Positions 36,001 through 44,718 of a stretch of DNA of 64,000 nucleotides are shown in pieces. Both the position numbers and the translations under genes were made by a program. The number at the start of each line of letters is the position of its first letter. Position 1 is the stretch's first letter. The notes below the pieces were generated by a model. That model saw nothing but the letters and a program-made list of their open reading frames with translations, ran no database searches and had not been told where the DNA came from. This stretch comes from Halarcobacter sp. (GTDB taxonomy: Bacteria; Campylobacterota; Campylobacteria; Campylobacterales; Arcobacteraceae): assembly GCA_048571215.1 (NCBI GenBank), contig CP182352.1, positions 3,540,373 through 3,604,372 of the forward strand. The letters run 5' to 3'.

Positions 36001-37729
36001 TGATACGGATTCTGATACCGATTCAGATTCAGATAGTGACACCGATTCTGATAGCGATAGTGACACAGATTCAGATTGTGATACAGATGTTGATGCAGAT
36101 AAACCAATTGCAGATATTGAAGTTGAGTATGAAAAAACAGTTACCGTAAATGAAGTTTGTTCTACTTCACAAAATCTAGGTAATTTAGCTGCTTATTTAG
36201 ATGGTATGAATAATGTAAATGCAAATGAAGTTGTTGATTTAGCAAAAGATCAAAATGGTAACCCACAACAAGATCAATACAACTTAGAATTGACTTCATT
36301 TGGAGATGGAGATTTAGCATTATATGATAATGAATCTAATCAAAATGAAACTAGAGATATCAATGATATTGATTTAAATGATGTTACACCATTTGATCCA
36401 TCAAATGCAGAAGTAGTAAATAACACCATAAATCATACATACAATATGACATCAAATGAAGTTATTTTTGAAGGTGATATTGTTCAAAATGGTAATGTAA
36501 TAGGAACATCAGACAATGATGTGATTATTGTAAAAGGTGAGGTTCAAGGTGGTTCAAATGTTAATGCAGGTGCTGGAAATGACCTTATTGCAATAGTAGG
36601 AAATATTGGAGAAAATCAACCAGCAATTGATGGGGATAGTGGTACAGACATACTATATCTAAGTAAACCTGCATCTAATTATGAGTTTTTAGATATCCAC
36701 TTCCATGACAATTTAGATGGACATATTTTAGATAAAGAGACTCAAAGTGTATTAACATTTAATAACATAGAAGGAATTGCCTTTGGTGATGGTTCTGGGG
36801 TAAATTGTAAAGTAAATACATCAACAAGCTATCAATACAATGTAAGTATAAGTGCTGCATTAACTGATATTGATGGAAGTGAAACTTTATCTGTAGCAAT
36901 ATCTGGAGTGCCAAATGGTGCTACACTATCAAGTGATACCTATACATTAATTGATAATGGAAATGGAAATTGGACAGTTGAAGTACCAAATGGAGATGTA
37001 TCTATAGTTGATGATATTACTATGAATGTTCCATCAGATATAGGAGATTTTAACCTTGAAATAACAGCAAGAGCAACTGAAATCAATGATAATGATGGTA
37101 CTGATTATGCAGAAACAACAGATAGTGATTTTGTAACTGATGATATCGATCCAGATACAGAAATCAATAAATTTGACTTAGTAGGAAATGTAACTACTGG
37201 TTCAGGAGATGATACAATTAATGTGTCAGATGATATATTCTTAGCTAATGTTGATACTGGAGCAGGAGATGATACAATCAATGTAGGAGATGATATAGGA
37301 TTATTTACTTCAATAGATACCGGAGCAGGAGATGATACAATTAATATTGGTGACAATATTAGTTATTCAGCTCAAATTGATATGGGTGATGGTATTGATA
37401 CCCTAAGTTTAGATGATGATATTGATTTATCTGATATAGCAAAAAATGTTGATAATGTTGAAATAATTGATTTGGATAATGATGAAGACCAAGATCTAGA
37501 AATAGATTTAGATTCAATTATCGATTTAACTGATGATGATAATGATTTAGTTGTTATTGGTGATAATGGTGACAAAATTGACTTTAATGATTCTGGTTGG
37601 GAAAAAGGCGATAGCACAAAAACTGTTGATGGACAAGATGGAGAGTTTACTGAATACACAAATACAAACAATCCAAATGTATCAATTTTAATTGATAATG
37701 ACATTGACGTAGATGATGATGACATTTAA
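30038..37729 (+). CDS. Giant T1SS substrate: LapA-like N-terminal module, 1840-aa (Thr/Ser)-Asp dipeptide array, C-terminal RTX-like/acidic secretion region
   Basis: RBS AAGGAA upstream. N-terminal 181 aa non-repetitive. Residues 182-2021 alternate X-Asp. The C-terminal 542 aa carry [16 protein letters not shown], 3x TGAGDDTIN(V/I)GD repeats and the acidic tail [10 protein letters not shown]1SS genes lie downstream. Confidence 0.85.
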   Translation: MIKLIIRHTNAEIEEKVVEDGMKFQPLEGEQFYFIGSDGYTFTLSGNESTVNLSLMDGNERVSVSLDNMADLIKANNPGDAFALTTALGVSSTPDGAAEIEQALADPNLESAQIIDVLKENLSESTVAENDGAIIDNFGSLAEALDAAAAGAIQSDPTLFIDETRGQEETPADTERGERIETDTDTDTDTDTDTDTDTDTDTDTDTDTDTDTDTDTDTDTDTDTDTDTDTDTDTDTDTDTDTDTDTDTDTDTDTDTDTDTDTDTDTDTDTDTDTDTDTDTDTDTDTDTDTDTDTDTDTDTDTDTDTDTDTDTDTDTDTDTDTDTDTDTDTDTDTDTDTDTDTDTDTDTDTDTDTDTDTDTDTDTDTDTDTDTDTDTDTDTDTDTDTDTDTDTDTDTDTDTDTDTDTDTDTDTDTDTDTDTDTDTDTDTDTDTDTDTDTDTDTDTDTDTDTDTDTDTDTDTDTDTDTDTDTDTDTDTDTDTDTDTDTDTDTDTDTDTDTDTDTDTDTDTDTDTDTDTDTDTDTDTDTDTDTDTDTDTDTDTDTDTDTDTDTDTDTDTDTDTDTDTDTDTDTDTDTDTDTDTDTDTDTDTDTDTDTDTDTDTDTDTDTDTDTDTDTDTDSDSDSDTDSDSDSDTDSDSDSDTDSDTDSDSDSDTDSDSDSDTDSDSDSDSDSDSDSDSDSDSDSDTDTDTDTDTDTDTDTDADTDTDTDTDTDTDTDTDSDSDSDTDSDSDSDTDSDTDSDTDSDSDSDTDSDSDSDTDSDSDSDTDSDSDSDTDSDTDSDSDSDTDSDSDSDTDSDSDSDSDSDSDSDSDSDSDSDTDTDTDTDTDTDTDTDTDTDTDTDTDTDTDTDTDTDTDTDTDTDTDTDTDTDTDTDTDTDTDTDTDTDTDSDSDSDTDSDSDSDTDSDTDSDTDSDSDSDTDSDSDSDTDSDSDSDTDSDSDSDTDSDTDSDSDSDTDSDSDSDTDSDSDSDSDSDSDSDSDSDSDSDTDTDTDTDTDTDTDTDTDTDTDTDTDTDTDTDTDTDTDTDTDTDTDTDTDTDTDTDTDTDTDTDTDTDTDTDSDSDSDSDSDTDSDTDSDTDSDSDSDTDSDSDSDTDSDSDSDTDSDSDSDTDSDTDSDSDSDTDSDSDSDTDSDSDSDSDSDSDSDSDSDSDSDTDTDTDTDTDTDTDTDTDTDTDTDTDTDTDTDTDTDTDTDTDTDTDTDTDTDTDTDTDTDTDTDTDTDTDTDTDSDSDSDSDSDTDSDTDSDTDSDSDSDTDSDSDSDTDSDSDSDTDSDSDSDTDSDTDSDSDSDTDSDSDSDTDSDSDSDSDSDSDSDSDSDSDSDTDTDTDTDTDTDTDTDTDTDTDTDTDTDTDTDTDTDTDTDTDTDTDTDTDTDTDTDTDTDTDTDTDTDTDTDTDTDTDTDSDSDSDTDSDSDSDTDSDTDSDTDSDSDSDTDSDSDSDTDSDSDSDTDSDSDSDTDSDTDSDSDSDTDSDSDSDTDSDSDSDSDSDSDSDSDSDSDSDTDTDTDTDTDTDTDTDTDTDTDTDTDTDTDTDTDTDTDTDTDTDTDTDTDTDTDTDTDTDTDTDTDTDTDTDTDTDSDSDSDSDSDTDSDTDSDTDSDSDSDTDSDSDSDTDSDSDSDTDSDSDSDTDSDTDSDSDSDTDSDSDSDTDSDSDSDSDSDSDSDSDSDSDSDTDTDTDTDTDTDTDTDTDTDTDTDTDTDTDTDTDTDTDTDTDTDTDTDTDTDTDTDTDTDTDTDTDTDTDTDTDTDTDTDTDTDSDSDSDTDSDSDSDTDSDTDSDTDSDSDSDTDSDSDSDTDSDSDSDTDSDSDSDTDSDTDSDSDSDTDSDSDSDTDSDSDSDSDSDSDSDSDSDSDSDTDTDTDTDTDTDTDTDTDTDTDTDTDTDTDTDTDTDTDTDTDTDTDTDTDTDTDTDTDTDTDTDTDTDTDTDSDSDSDSDSDTDSDTDSDTDSDSDSDTDSDSDSDTDSDSDSDTDSDSDSDTDSDTDSDSDSDTDSDSDSDTDSDTDSDSDSDTDSDSDSDTDSDCDTDVDADKPIADIEVEYEKTVTVNEVCSTSQNLGNLAAYLDGMNNVNANEVVDLAKDQNGNPQQDQYNLELTSFGDGDLALYDNESNQNETRDINDIDLNDVTPFDPSNAEVVNNTINHTYNMTSNEVIFEGDIVQNGNVIGTSDNDVIIVKGEVQGGSNVNAGAGNDLIAIVGNIGENQPAIDGDSGTDILYLSKPASNYEFLDIHFHDNLDGHILDKETQSVLTFNNIEGIAFGDGSGVNCKVNTSTSYQYNVSISAALTDIDGSETLSVAISGVPNGATLSSDTYTLIDNGNGNWTVEVPNGDVSIVDDITMNVPSDIGDFNLEITARATEINDNDGTDYAETTDSDFVTDDIDPDTEINKFDLVGNVTTGSGDDTINVSDDIFLANVDTGAGDDTINVGDDIGLFTSIDTGAGDDTINIGDNISYSAQIDMGDGIDTLSLDDDIDLSDIAKNVDNVEIIDLDNDEDQDLEIDLDSIIDLTDDDNDLVVIGDNGDKIDFNDSGWEKGDSTKTVDGQDGEFTEYTNTNNPNVSILIDNDIDVDDDDI
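30581..36100 (+). repeat. Coding hexanucleotide-period array (GAY + ACN/TCN/AGY), 920 dipeptide units, with roughly 0.5-kb higher-order repeats
   Basis: Direct reading. Higher-order unit starts at 32186, 32690, 33200, 33704, 34226, 34748, 35282 and 35792, with a truncated first Ser-rich block at 31886. Confidence 0.95.
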
Positions 37730-37736
37730 AAAAACT

Positions 37737-37770
37737 ATATAAGATAGCATTTCGCTATCTTATATTTTAT
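37737..37770 (+). terminator. Rho-independent terminator after the giant gene
   Basis: ATATAAGATAGC-ATTTC-GCTATCTTATAT (12-bp perfect stem) followed by TTTAT, 8 nt after the stop codon. Confidence 0.7.
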
Positions 37771-37781
37771 ATAGGTTTAAT

Positions 37782-38594
37782 TTGACTTTAGATGAGTTAA
37801 AAAAAGAGAATGAAACTCTTAAAAATGAAATTGTACTGTTGAATAGTAAAATATCAGAGAATCTAGAACAAAATAGAATCAATGATAAGATGCTATTTCA
37901 ACAAAGTAAAATGGCTTCAATGGGTGAAATGATTGGAAATATTGCACACCAATGGAGACAACCTCTTATGGAGCTTTCTTCTATTTTTATGTTAATTCAA
38001 ACTAAAATTGAGTTTGAAGGAGATATAGAAAATAGTGAACTTATTGATTTTATTAAAAAATCTGACGAAATTACCCATTACATGTCTCAGACAATAGATG
38101 ATTTTAGAAACTTCTTTGCAAAAGAAAAAATTAAAGTTGATTATAAAATATCAAACCAAGTAAGTTTAGCTGTAAGTATGTTAAATATGTGTTTAAAACA
38201 GCATGGAATAAAAGTAGAAATAGTTGTTCTTAAAAATCCAAAACTTTATGGTTTTAAAAATGAATATTCGCAAGTTCTTATTAATATTTTAAATAATTGT
38301 AAGGATGCTTTGATTCAAAGAAATATAAAGAATCCCAAAATCAAGATTATAATTAATAAAAAAGATGATAAATCAGTTTTAACAATTGAAGATAATGCTA
38401 AAGGAATAAATATAGAACCTATAGAAAAAATATTTGAACCATTTTTTACCCATGACAAAAAAAATGGAACAGGAATAGGTTTATTCATGTCAAAACTAAT
38501 AATTGAAAATAATATGAATGGAAGATTATTTGTTGAAAATATTAACAATGGTGCAAAATTTACTATAACAGTACCCTTTAGTCATAAGTTATAA
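37782..38594 (+). CDS. Soluble histidine kinase (coiled coil + HisKA-like + HATPase), no sensor or TM domain
   Basis: TTG start. H-box GNIAHQWRQPL. ATPase motifs EDNAKGI, GTGIGLFMSKLI. Confidence 0.75.
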   Translation: MTLDELKKENETLKNEIVLLNSKISENLEQNRINDKMLFQQSKMASMGEMIGNIAHQWRQPLMELSSIFMLIQTKIEFEGDIENSELIDFIKKSDEITHYMSQTIDDFRNFFAKEKIKVDYKISNQVSLAVSMLNMCLKQHGIKVEIVVLKNPKLYGFKNEYSQVLINILNNCKDALIQRNIKNPKIKIIINKKDDKSVLTIEDNAKGINIEPIEKIFEPFFTHDKKNGTGIGLFMSKLIIENNMNGRLFVENINNGAKFTITVPFSHKL

Positions 38595-39270
38595 GTTGGT
38601 ATCCTACACTAGAAATATTTTTTATGGAATCTTTTCCAATTTTATTTCTTAATTTATTCATTAAAGATTTAAATGCAGATTCTGTAGAGCTATAACTATC
38701 TTCCCAGACATGACATTGAATCTCCTCTTTAGAAACAACTCTATTTTTATTTTCATACAAGTATTCAAGTAATAGTATCTCTTTTGCTGTAATGTCTATT
38801 ATTTTAGTATCTATTGATAATATCTTTTTATTAAAATTATATTCTATTTTATTATTGAACTTTATTATAAAATCATTATTCTCAAAGTATTCATTTCCTG
38901 CATTTAGTAATGCTTTTTTAAGTTTATTAAAATCAATGGGTTTTGTTAAATAATCCACAAGTTTTAATCTTGCTGCTTTTAATAAAAACTTAGTATCGGT
39001 ATGTGCCGTTAAGAGTATCACTGGTATAGTGATTTTTTCTTTTCTTAAATATTCTACAAAATCTAAACCTGTTTTTCCAGGCATACTTATATCACTTAAT
39101 ATCACATGCACACAATTAGATGAAAAAACCTTTAAGGCATCATCTACACATGATACAGAGTAGACATTTTTAAATATATAACCTAATATTTTAGTTATAT
39201 TTTCTCTTATTTGATTTTCATCTTCTAGATACAAAATATTTAATTGTTTTAAAGAATTATCTTTTACCAT
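38578..39270 (-). CDS. Response regulator (receiver + winged-helix DNA-binding domain)
   Basis: HVILSDISMPGKTG, LTKP, C-terminal VGYQL. The 3' end overlaps the convergent kinase gene by 17 nt. Confidence 0.8.
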   Translation of the reverse strand: MVKDNSLKQLNILYLEDENQIRENITKILGYIFKNVYSVSCVDDALKVFSSNCVHVILSDISMPGKTGLDFVEYLRKEKITIPVILLTAHTDTKFLLKAARLKLVDYLTKPIDFNKLKKALLNAGNEYFENNDFIIKFNNKIEYNFNKKILSIDTKIIDITAKEILLLEYLYENKNRVVSKEEIQCHVWEDSYSSTESAFKSLMNKLRNKIGKDSIKNISSVGYQLITYD

Positions 39271-39379
39271 AAAGTATTATACCAAAAATGTATAAATAAA
39301 TTACTAAAATTTATTTTAGTCGCTAAAAAGTTACTATAAAATAATTTTTTAAGTAACTTGTAAACTTAATTAAAGTATT

Positions 39380-41221
39380 ATGTTTTTACAATCAAACAAT
39401 ATGGATAAAACTATGAAAACAATAATCGAAAGAATTCTCATTTTAAGTCTCTTTGTAACATATGCTAGTTCAACTTCTTTAAAAGATTCAGTTATAAGTA
39501 CTTTAGGTAAAAACCCTGATGTATTATCTGAAAAATTAAATAGGGATGCTTATCAAAAGTATGTTGATGAAGAAAAAGGTGATTATTATCCAACACTAGA
39601 TTTTCAAGGATATGTTGAAAAATCTAGAACAAGAAATGATAGAGATAATGTTGCTACAGATCCAAGCAGTGCAAAAAAAGATGGATGGCATGCTGCATTA
39701 ACTTTTGAACAGATCATTTATGATGGTGGACAAACACCAAGTCAAGTAGAACAGTATAAACATACTTATCTATCAAATAAGTACAGAAGTTTAATTAGAG
39801 TTGATGAAATTGTAAGGTCAACTATTGATAATTATCTTAATGCAGTTAAATATCAAGAGTTAATTGATCTTTCTCAATTAAATCTACAGGTACATGAAGA
39901 TTATTTAGTGATTGCACAAGAGAAAGAAAATATAAGTGGAGAAATCTTAGAGACTTATCAAGTAAACTCTAAAAAACATTATGTGATAGACAGATATTTG
40001 GAACAAAAAATAAATGAAGATGAGGCAAGAAATATTTTTGCAGAAAAGTCAGGTATTGAAAATCCAGGAAATATTTGTAGACCTACAATTAATGAAGCTT
40101 TTATACCTAGTACTTTAGAAGAAGCAATAGAAAAAGCAGTTAGAAATAGTCCAAAAATATTAAGAGCTATTGAAGATATTAAGGAGCAAAGGGAAAATGT
40201 AGTACAAGCTAATGCTACATATCTACCTACTTTAAGATTCCAATGGGTAGGAAGTTTAGATGATGATTTATCAAATGCAGAAAATGGTAGACAAGATATA
40301 TCTAGATTTAGAATTATTATGGATTGGAATCTATTTGAAGGTGGAAAAAATAAAATTGCAAAAGAAAGAGAAGTTCTTTTTTTACAAGAAAAACAAAAAA
40401 TTCTTGATACAACAGTAAATCAAGTTATTCAAGAGGTTACCACAAGTTATAAAAAGTATTTTTCTTTTAAAGAAAAAATAGAAAATTATAAAAAATATGT
40501 TAAAGATAACTATTATATTAAAGAGGTATATTTTAAACAATTAACAGATGGTACTAGAACTTTTATTGATATACTAGATGCAGAATCAGAATATTATAGA
40601 TCATCATTAGATTTAATAGATTTTGAATATCAGTTATATGGATATTATTATGATATTTTAAATCATAGTGGTCTATTGAGTACAAGCATTTTGATGTCTG
40701 AAAATCAAGTATGTAAAGAATTCAAATTATCAAAATATGAAAGTAGATTTAAACAAAAAGTAAAAGATAATAATAGTGAATTAAATGACTTAGATTTACT
40801 CCAAGAGCTTGGTCAAGCACAAAGTAAAACAAAAACTGAGGAAGGAAATACAAAAGAAGTAGATATGGAGATTGATAATTTAATCAATGGTACCTCTGTA
40901 GGGGAGAACAATGAAACTAAAAATCCAGATGAAAATGCAGTAAAAAATTTACCTACAGGAAAGTATACTATTAAGCTTGCGACTTTTGATCAAAACTATG
41001 ATATTAATTCATTTATAGAAAAAAATAAACTAAATCCAGATGATGTATATGCATACAGTACTAACAATAATATAAATGTTATTTATGGGCACTTTAATAA
41101 GCTTGGTGATGCTAAAGCACTATTAAGCAGTTTAGATAAAAGTTTAATTAATAGTAATGTATATATTGATATTCTTGAAAAACATAGAAAACTTTATCAA
41201 AAATATAAAACAAATAATTAG
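39380..41221 (+). CDS. TolC-family outer-membrane efflux protein with C-terminal SPOR-like domain
   Basis: The first ~440 aa are typical OEP repeats (YYPTLDFQGY, YLPTLRFQW). The last ~90 aa (KYTIKLATFDQNYDINSFIEKNKL...VIYGHFNKLGDAKALLSSL) match the SPOR pattern. The true start may be Met12 (39413). Confidence 0.75.
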   Translation: MFLQSNNMDKTMKTIIERILILSLFVTYASSTSLKDSVISTLGKNPDVLSEKLNRDAYQKYVDEEKGDYYPTLDFQGYVEKSRTRNDRDNVATDPSSAKKDGWHAALTFEQIIYDGGQTPSQVEQYKHTYLSNKYRSLIRVDEIVRSTIDNYLNAVKYQELIDLSQLNLQVHEDYLVIAQEKENISGEILETYQVNSKKHYVIDRYLEQKINEDEARNIFAEKSGIENPGNICRPTINEAFIPSTLEEAIEKAVRNSPKILRAIEDIKEQRENVVQANATYLPTLRFQWVGSLDDDLSNAENGRQDISRFRIIMDWNLFEGGKNKIAKEREVLFLQEKQKILDTTVNQVIQEVTTSYKKYFSFKEKIENYKKYVKDNYYIKEVYFKQLTDGTRTFIDILDAESEYYRSSLDLIDFEYQLYGYYYDILNHSGLLSTSILMSENQVCKEFKLSKYESRFKQKVKDNNSELNDLDLLQELGQAQSKTKTEEGNTKEVDMEIDNLINGTSVGENNETKNPDENAVKNLPTGKYTIKLATFDQNYDINSFIEKNKLNPDDVYAYSTNNNINVIYGHFNKLGDAKALLSSLDKSLINSNVYIDILEKHRKLYQKYKTNN

Positions 41222-41232
41222 TTAGTGAAGAT

Positions 41233-43362
41233 ATGGAAGAATTAGAAAAAACAGTTAATAGAAAAGTAGATACTCTTTTAGAGTCTCTATTTTTTATTGC
41301 TAAATATTATCAAAGAGCGACTTCTAAAGAGTCATTACTTAATGGCTTGTCAATTTTTGGAGATGTAATGGATGTTGATAATTTTATTCAAGCATCAAAA
41401 AAGGTTGCATTAATCTCAAAATTTGTTAAAAGAGATAATATTGAAGATATAAATAAATTAACATTTCCAGCTGTAATTTTCACAACAAAATACGACTCTA
41501 TGATTTTACTTGACTACGATGAAGAAGGGAATAGTGCAAATTTGATTATTCCTGAATTGAGTTTAGGTGAAACTACTATGCCATTAGATGAACTTAATTC
41601 ACTTTATACAGGCAGGGTAATTATTATTAAGCCTGCATATAATTTTGAAAATCGTTCTTCAAGAGAAGTATCTATCTTAAATCCAAAAAAATGGTTTTGG
41701 GATACAATGAAGAAAAGTAAAGAGTTCTACGCAAGAGTTATTGTTGCAACTATTTTTATCAATATCTTTGTGATAGCTTTACCTTTATTTATAATGAATG
41801 TCTATGATAGAATTTTACCAAACAATGCTATTGAATCCTTATGGGCATTAGCAATTGGTGTATTTGTTGTAATGATATTTGATTTTATTCTTAAAATTAT
41901 TAGGTCGTATTACATTGGTAAAGCTTCAAAAAAAGCAGATATCATTATGTCAAATAAAATATTTGATCATCTTTTAAATTTAAGGCTTGATTCTAGACCT
42001 TCATCTACTGGTATGTTTGTTAATAGATTACAATCTTTTGAATCTATAAAAGAGTTTTTTACAACAGCAACAATTACTACTTTAGTGGATATTCCATTTT
42101 TATTTATTTTTGTAGCAATTATTTTTTATATTGGTGGACCTTTAGGATGGATTCCTGTAATTACAATAATTATAGCTCTAATTAGTTCTTTTTTTATGCA
42201 AAAGATAATTAAAAAAAATGTTACAAATACAGTTAATGAGGAACAATTAAAACAAACAACATTAAATGAAACTGTAACAGGATTAGAAATAATAAAAAGT
42301 GTTCGCGGTCAAAATAGAATGAAAACACACTGGGATAAATCATTAAGTCAAACAGCATATTATGGAGAAAAAACACAACTTTTCTCACAAGTTGCAAGTG
42401 GCCTTACCGATTTTATAACAAAGTTTTCAAATGTAGTTATTATTGTATTTGGAGTTTTTTTAGCTTCAAGTGGTGATATGACGATGGGTGCAATCGTAGC
42501 TTCAATGATGTTAAACAGAAGAGCAGTTGCTCCTGCATCAAAGATTGTGAATCTAGTTATAAAATATGATAGAGCAATGATTGCATTAAAAAATATTGAT
42601 GACATTATGAGTTTAGATGTTGAAAAAGATCATAAAGTATATTTAAGTAGACCCCATTTAATTGGAGACATAGAGTTTCAAGATGTAAGTTTTTCTTATA
42701 AAAAACAAAATTATGAAGTATTAAAAAATATAAATTTAAAGATAAATCAAGGTGAAAAAGTAGCGATTTTAGGAAAAATTGGTTCAGGAAAGTCAACACT
42801 AATTAAGATGATTCAAAATCTTTATGTTCCAACAAAAGGTTCAATTTTAATTGATAATACAGATGTTAGACAAATTGACCCAGTAGATTTAAGAAAGGCT
42901 ATAGGTGTTGTTCCTCAAGAATCATTTTTATTTATGGGAAGTGTAAAAGATAATATTACAATAGGAGATCCTTTTGCAACAGATGAGGAGATATTAAAAG
43001 CTTCAAAAATTGCTGGAGTTCATGATTTCTTAGGTAAACATGAAGCGGGTTATGATTTTCTTGTAGGTGAAAGAGGAGAAGGATTAAGTGGTGGTGAAAT
43101 TCAATCTATTACTTTAGCAAGAGCACTTGTAAGTAATCCAGATTTTATGATATTTGATGAGCCTACAAACTCAATGGATAAACAAACAGAAAGAGATTTT
43201 TTAAAAAAATTAAAACTTATTTTAGATAAACAAACTGTGATTATTGTTACCCATAAGTTATCTTTATTGTCTTTGGTTGATAGGGTAATAGTTTTAGATA
43301 ATGGTAAAATAGTAGCTGATGGTCCAAAAGAAAAAGTATTTTCTAAAGCGAATAAAGAGTAG
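41233..43362 (+). CDS. Type I secretion ABC transporter (HlyB-like; N-terminal C39-like domain without catalytic Cys)
   Basis: Walker A GKIGSGKST, signature LSGGE, Walker B MIFDEPT, 6-TM core. The N-terminal ~130 aa are C39-like but have no Cys at the expected site. Confidence 0.9.
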   Translation: MEELEKTVNRKVDTLLESLFFIAKYYQRATSKESLLNGLSIFGDVMDVDNFIQASKKVALISKFVKRDNIEDINKLTFPAVIFTTKYDSMILLDYDEEGNSANLIIPELSLGETTMPLDELNSLYTGRVIIIKPAYNFENRSSREVSILNPKKWFWDTMKKSKEFYARVIVATIFINIFVIALPLFIMNVYDRILPNNAIESLWALAIGVFVVMIFDFILKIIRSYYIGKASKKADIIMSNKIFDHLLNLRLDSRPSSTGMFVNRLQSFESIKEFFTTATITTLVDIPFLFIFVAIIFYIGGPLGWIPVITIIIALISSFFMQKIIKKNVTNTVNEEQLKQTTLNETVTGLEIIKSVRGQNRMKTHWDKSLSQTAYYGEKTQLFSQVASGLTDFITKFSNVVIIVFGVFLASSGDMTMGAIVASMMLNRRAVAPASKIVNLVIKYDRAMIALKNIDDIMSLDVEKDHKVYLSRPHLIGDIEFQDVSFSYKKQNYEVLKNINLKINQGEKVAILGKIGSGKSTLIKMIQNLYVPTKGSILIDNTDVRQIDPVDLRKAIGVVPQESFLFMGSVKDNITIGDPFATDEEILKASKIAGVHDFLGKHEAGYDFLVGERGEGLSGGEIQSITLARALVSNPDFMIFDEPTNSMDKQTERDFLKKLKLILDKQTVIIVTHKLSLLSLVDRVIVLDNGKIVADGPKEKVFSKANKE

Positions 43363-43364
43363 TT

Positions 43365-44708
43365 ATGAAAAAGAATAATGATATAAATTTTGTGCATAAC
43401 CTTTATGGTCAAGCAAATGAAAAAGCTTCATCAAAAATAGATTTTTTATTTATATTTATTTTATGCTTTTTAGTAGCTGCCATTGTTTGGTCAAGTATAG
43501 CTCAAATAGATGAATTAGCAAGGGGTCAAGGTAAAGTAATCCCTTCAAGTAAAATCCAAACTATTCAATCTTTAGATGGAGGATTAGTTGAAGAGATTTT
43601 AGTTAAATCTGGTGATCAAGTAAAAAAAGGGCAACCTCTTATGAAAATTGATACAACAAGATTTCTAGCTTCTTTAGAGGAAAATCAAGAGAGTTACTAT
43701 CAATGGCTAGCTATGAGAGTTAGACTTGAAAAAGAATCTGTTGTTGATATTGATAAGAAAATTGAAAAGTTAGTTTTCCCTGATGATATTAAAAAAATTG
43801 CAAAAGATTATATTAAATCAGAAACATTTTTATATATTAATAGGGTTAATGAGTTGAAAAGTTCTATAAATGTTTTTGATTCACAACTAAATCAAAGATA
43901 TCAAGAGATAAAAGAGATCAATCAAGAGATTTCTAAATTAAAAACTAGATTAAAACTTGTAACTATTGAGAGAAAAACTATAAAAGATTTAGTTAGAACA
44001 GGGGTTAAGTCAAAAGTTGAATTAATTGCAATTGAAAAAGAATATCAACAAATTGTCGGAGATTTAAAATCAGCAGAATTATCAATTCCTAAATCTAGAT
44101 ATGCAATAAATGAGATAAAAAACAAAAGATTAGAGAGGATAACTCAATTTAGAACAGAAGCATCAAAAGAGTTACAAAGAATTTCTGTTGAAATTAAAAA
44201 AGCAGAAGCAAGAATGATTTCAGCTACAGATAAAGTTAATAAAACGGTTATAAAATCAAGTGTTAATGGAATTGTAAAAGAGATTTATATGAATACAATT
44301 GGTGGAGTTGTTCAATCAGGAGCAAGTTTATTAGATATTATTCCTAATAGTGACAATCTACTTGTTGAAGCAAAAATAGACCCTAAAGATATTGCTTTTA
44401 TAAGTCCCATGCAAAAAGCTATAGTTAAAATTTCAGCTTATGATTATTCAATATATGGAGGTCTAGATGGAAAAATTGTTGAGATATCTGCAGATAGTAT
44501 CATTGATAAAGAGAGTAAAGATGGTAAAAGTTACTATAAAATTATAGTTCAAACTGAAAAGAATTATTTGGAGAAAAATGGAAATAAATTGCCAATTATT
44601 CCTGGGATGATAGCCAATGTTGATGTAATTACAGGTAAGAAAACTATTATGGATTACATCTTAAAACCAATACTTAAAATAAAACAAAATTCATTACATG
44701 AAAAATAA
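43365..44708 (+). CDS. HlyD-family type I secretion membrane-fusion protein
   Basis: N-terminal TM, long coiled-coil region, beta-barrel end (IPGMIANVDVITGKKTIMDYILKP). Confidence 0.9.
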   Translation: MKKNNDINFVHNLYGQANEKASSKIDFLFIFILCFLVAAIVWSSIAQIDELARGQGKVIPSSKIQTIQSLDGGLVEEILVKSGDQVKKGQPLMKIDTTRFLASLEENQESYYQWLAMRVRLEKESVVDIDKKIEKLVFPDDIKKIAKDYIKSETFLYINRVNELKSSINVFDSQLNQRYQEIKEINQEISKLKTRLKLVTIERKTIKDLVRTGVKSKVELIAIEKEYQQIVGDLKSAELSIPKSRYAINEIKNKRLERITQFRTEASKELQRISVEIKKAEARMISATDKVNKTVIKSSVNGIVKEIYMNTIGGVVQSGASLLDIIPNSDNLLVEAKIDPKDIAFISPMQKAIVKISAYDYSIYGGLDGKIVEISADSIIDKESKDGKSYYKIIVQTEKNYLEKNGNKLPIIPGMIANVDVITGKKTIMDYILKPILKIKQNSLHEK

Positions 44709-44718
44709 AGGAAATAAC

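Noticed and set aside
30581-36100. Possible CRISPR array or non-coding satellite.
   Set aside because: The period is 6 nt with strict codon phase. There is no repeat-spacer organisation and no cas genes. The array is embedded in one long ORF with flanking functional domains.
30154-36149. Three further giant ORFs across the repeat (30154..36066 minus, 30528..36107 minus, 30567..36149 plus; 1859-1970 aa).
   Set aside because: They exist only because the GAY-(A/T)CN/AGY hexamer lacks stop codons in most frames. Their products are pure low-complexity (SV/SE, LCQY, IQT) with no non-repeat N- or C-terminal domains and no RBS context. Only the 30038 frame links a structured N-terminus to an RTX-like C-terminus.
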